A stretch of DNA of 64,000 bases, taken from Phaeosaccion multiseriatum (lineage: Eukaryota; Protista; Ochrophyta, other classes). Every line of letters starts with the position of its first letter. Position 1 is the first letter of the stretch. The stretch spans positions 1-64,000 of the forward strand of contig OZ218955.1 of the NCBI GenBank assembly GCA_965112735.1. Direction: 5' to 3'. The notes beneath the pieces are model-generated. The model was not told the origin of the DNA, did no database searches, and was given only the letters and a program-made list of their open reading frames with translations. Positions 61,560-64,000 of this stretch are shown here, one piece after another. A program made the position numbers and the translations under genes.

Positions 61560-64000
61560 CTACATGTATACCAAGTCAGAGCAAGTAGCAGCAGTTGGTG
61601 ATACAGCAGCAGCAGTAACCTGGCGGGTGGCTGACGCGCCGCTCGTCGTACCACTATCTACCGCAGCTGCAACGCCCGCTGCTGTATCACCAACCGCTGT
61701 GCATGTTGTATCACCAACCGCTGTGCATGTTGTATCACCAACTGCCGCAGCTGGTGAGTCGCAAAGCCTGCGCACCCTCGCCACGGCCAAGGACACCGTC
61801 GGAGAGCCTTGACCCCCCTGGGGACGTTGTCTGTCATTGCTCCGCCCCCTCCCTCCCCCCCCATCCCCCCGCAGCTGCTCGTACGCAGCAACCTTGTTGG
61901 CCGATCTCCTCCGTATAATGGGCCAAGACTTCTGCACACCTCTCACGCCCCACCTGCTGCCCACAAGAGAGTGTACTGCTGCTGGCTCTGATCCACGTCG
62001 ACCGAGTGCTGCTTCCTGCGCCGCTGCCCCTGCCCCTGCTCCTGCCCCTGCTCCTGCTCCTGGCTCTGGCTCTGCCGCTTCTGCAGCCGCTTTTGCTGCC
62101 ACAGCCCTTTCGGCGCTTGTGGCCTGGCTGCTTGTGGCCTGGCTGCTTGTAGCCTTGCTCCTTGTGGCGTTGCTCCTTGTGGCGTTGCTCCTTGTGGCGT
62201 TGCTGTAGGCGGAGAGGACACTCTCTCTGGAGAAGGGTTTCTCACAGAACAGGCAGCTCTGCTCCTCCAAGTCCACGCGCACGCTCGTCAGCACGCTTGC
62301 CGATATGATGACAACTGGTGCGTCCGCCGCCACCCCGGGGCTCAGCTCGCCTCTCCGAATGCGCTGGACAAGGTCGAAGCCGTCCCCATCAGGAAGGCCC
62401 ATGTCGAGCCACACCTGCCCATATGCTTGCCCGGACTCGCATGCGGCCTCCGCGGCGTCCAGAGCGGCTGCGAAGGAGCTGGCGATGGTGCACGTGTTGG
62501 CTCTGCTGGCACTGGCGGAGGGCGTCAAGCCCTGCCCTCTTGCCCCCCCTACCGACTCGATCATTCGCTGCAGGAGCTGCGCGTTCATCTTAGAGTCCTC
62601 GACGATGAGACAGCCAGGCTCAGACTTAGGCTCAGGCTCAGGCTCAGGCTCAGGCTTAGGCTTAGGCTTGGGCTCAGACTTGGGCTCAGACTTGGGCTCA
62701 GACATGGGCTCAGACTTGGGCCCTGAAGCTCCTCGTGGCCCTCCTTGTGAGCCTCGTGCTAAGCCTTGCTCTGACCCTTGTTCTGACCCTCCTTCTGAGC
62801 CATCTCCTGACCGCAGCAGGTCCACCCCCGGACACCCTTGGCTGTGTCCCTTCGGGCTGTGTCCCTTCGGGCTGTGTCCCTTCGGGCTGTGTCCCTTCGC
62901 CTTCACCTCAGCGCAAGGCCCGCCTCCACCCCTTCCATCCCTTCCACTGCCATCCTTTTCAGTGGGATGTATTTGACTGTGCTTGGCGCTGGCGTGGGCT
63001 CGTGCCTCCCCCCCCTCACCCCCATCACCCGCTTCCTGCGCCCCCCTTGGGGCCTCGCTACCGCCGCCGCCGTTACCGCCGCCAGATTCAGGTTCAACAC
63101 CAGCTCCTCCCCCTCCTCCCTCCCCTTCAGGCTCAACACCAGCTCCTCCCCCTCCTCCCTCCCCCCCTGCTCCTCCATCTGCTTCTACCCGTCCTCCCCC
63201 CCCCCCCGCCCACCCTCCGCCGTCGTCGTCGTCGGAGGCAGCGCAACTGGGCGCCGCGTGGTTGGGGCTGTGACTGTGGGCCTCCCCCCCGGAGCTGCCC
63301 CCCTGACTCTGCCTGTGAAGCACCAACATGTCCACTGGCTGCGCAAAGCCCGACCCCATGGTGGCGGTGAAGGTGCTCCCCCTCCCCCTCCCCTCGCTGC
63401 GCACTTCCAAAGCCCCCCCCGTGGCCTGAACGATCTGTGACACAATGGTGAGCCCAAGTCCTGTGCCGGGCATGGTCTGGCCAGCTGCTCGGGCCCCGTC
63501 AGTTCGGAAGAAGGCTCCCAAGATGTTCACCTATGTCAGTAACGAGAACGGGCGAGGAGTGGGGTGAGTGGGTGAGTGGGTGAGTGAGTGAATGAGTGGA
63601 CGGACGGGTGAATGAGTACGTGAGTGCATCAGTGAGTGAGTGAGTGAGAGTGAGCTAAGCCTCCTCCCCACAGGCATACACATTGGTGATACGCACCCCA
63701 ACACACAGATCACAGATACACACCTGCTCCGAAGGCGTAAGTCCCATGCCAGAGTCCGTGACGCGCACCACCACGTAACACCCGGGGGGGGCGTCGGGCC
63801 CCGGTGGGTGTTGTCCCAGGGGGGGCTCGCTCTCGTCTGTGACTGCACCTGTAACTGGGTCGCTTTGGCGGCGGCTACTCCGTCCACTGCCATCCCTCCT
63901 CCATCGTCCGAATCTCTCCCTGCGTCCTACGGGACCCTCCTCCAGGTCATCTCCATCCACTGCCATCCCTCCTCCATCATCAGTCCCGCTCCTCCACATG
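61560..64000 (-). CDS. Hybrid sensor histidine kinase, 3' part (HATPase_c + receiver); 5' end lies beyond the window
   Basis: G1 VRVTDSGMG, F box GAFFRT, G2 GTGLGLTIVSQIV, GGALEVRSEG.GRGSTF. Receiver: LIVEDS..N, VWLDMGLPDGDG, IISAS, EKPF. Confidence 0.9.

Noticed and set aside
7928-64000. Most genes (10 of 13) transcribed toward the telomere
   Set aside because: Sample too small to distinguish from chance.

Overview
Left end of a chromosome from an intron-rich, GC-rich eukaryote. Three N-termini resemble bipartite signal-peptide + 'AF/GW' plastid presequences, which points to an alga with a red-derived secondary plastid, probably an ochrophyte (inference). Bases 1-7100 are the telomere: about 7 kb of (CCTGG)n flanked by true (CCCTAA)n units, most likely a nanopore miscall of CCCTAA. 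About 13 spliced genes follow with almost no subtelomere: calpain-7/PalB, a DUF6940-like protein, an F-box/Kelch protein, an EF-hand-like protein, a plastid TVP38/DedA protein, a PPR-EngB GTPase fusion, a multi-RGS protein, a kynurenine/glutamine-type aminotransferase, a tail-anchored TPR protein, a hypothetical protein, an FN3 membrane protein, a fused double type-II thioesterase and the 3' part of a hybrid histidine kinase. There is also a 5'-truncated RLE-type (CRE-like) non-LTR retrotransposon. The most interesting non-genic signals are several short motifs dispersed on both strands in introns and exons, minisatellites built on splice-donor or palindromic cores, a roughly 190-nt hairpin, an intron that looks born by exon duplication, and a 3'-end motif shared by the retroelement and two other loci. 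Exon boundaries were inferred by eye from GT/GC-AG and phase consistency; no database searches were run.
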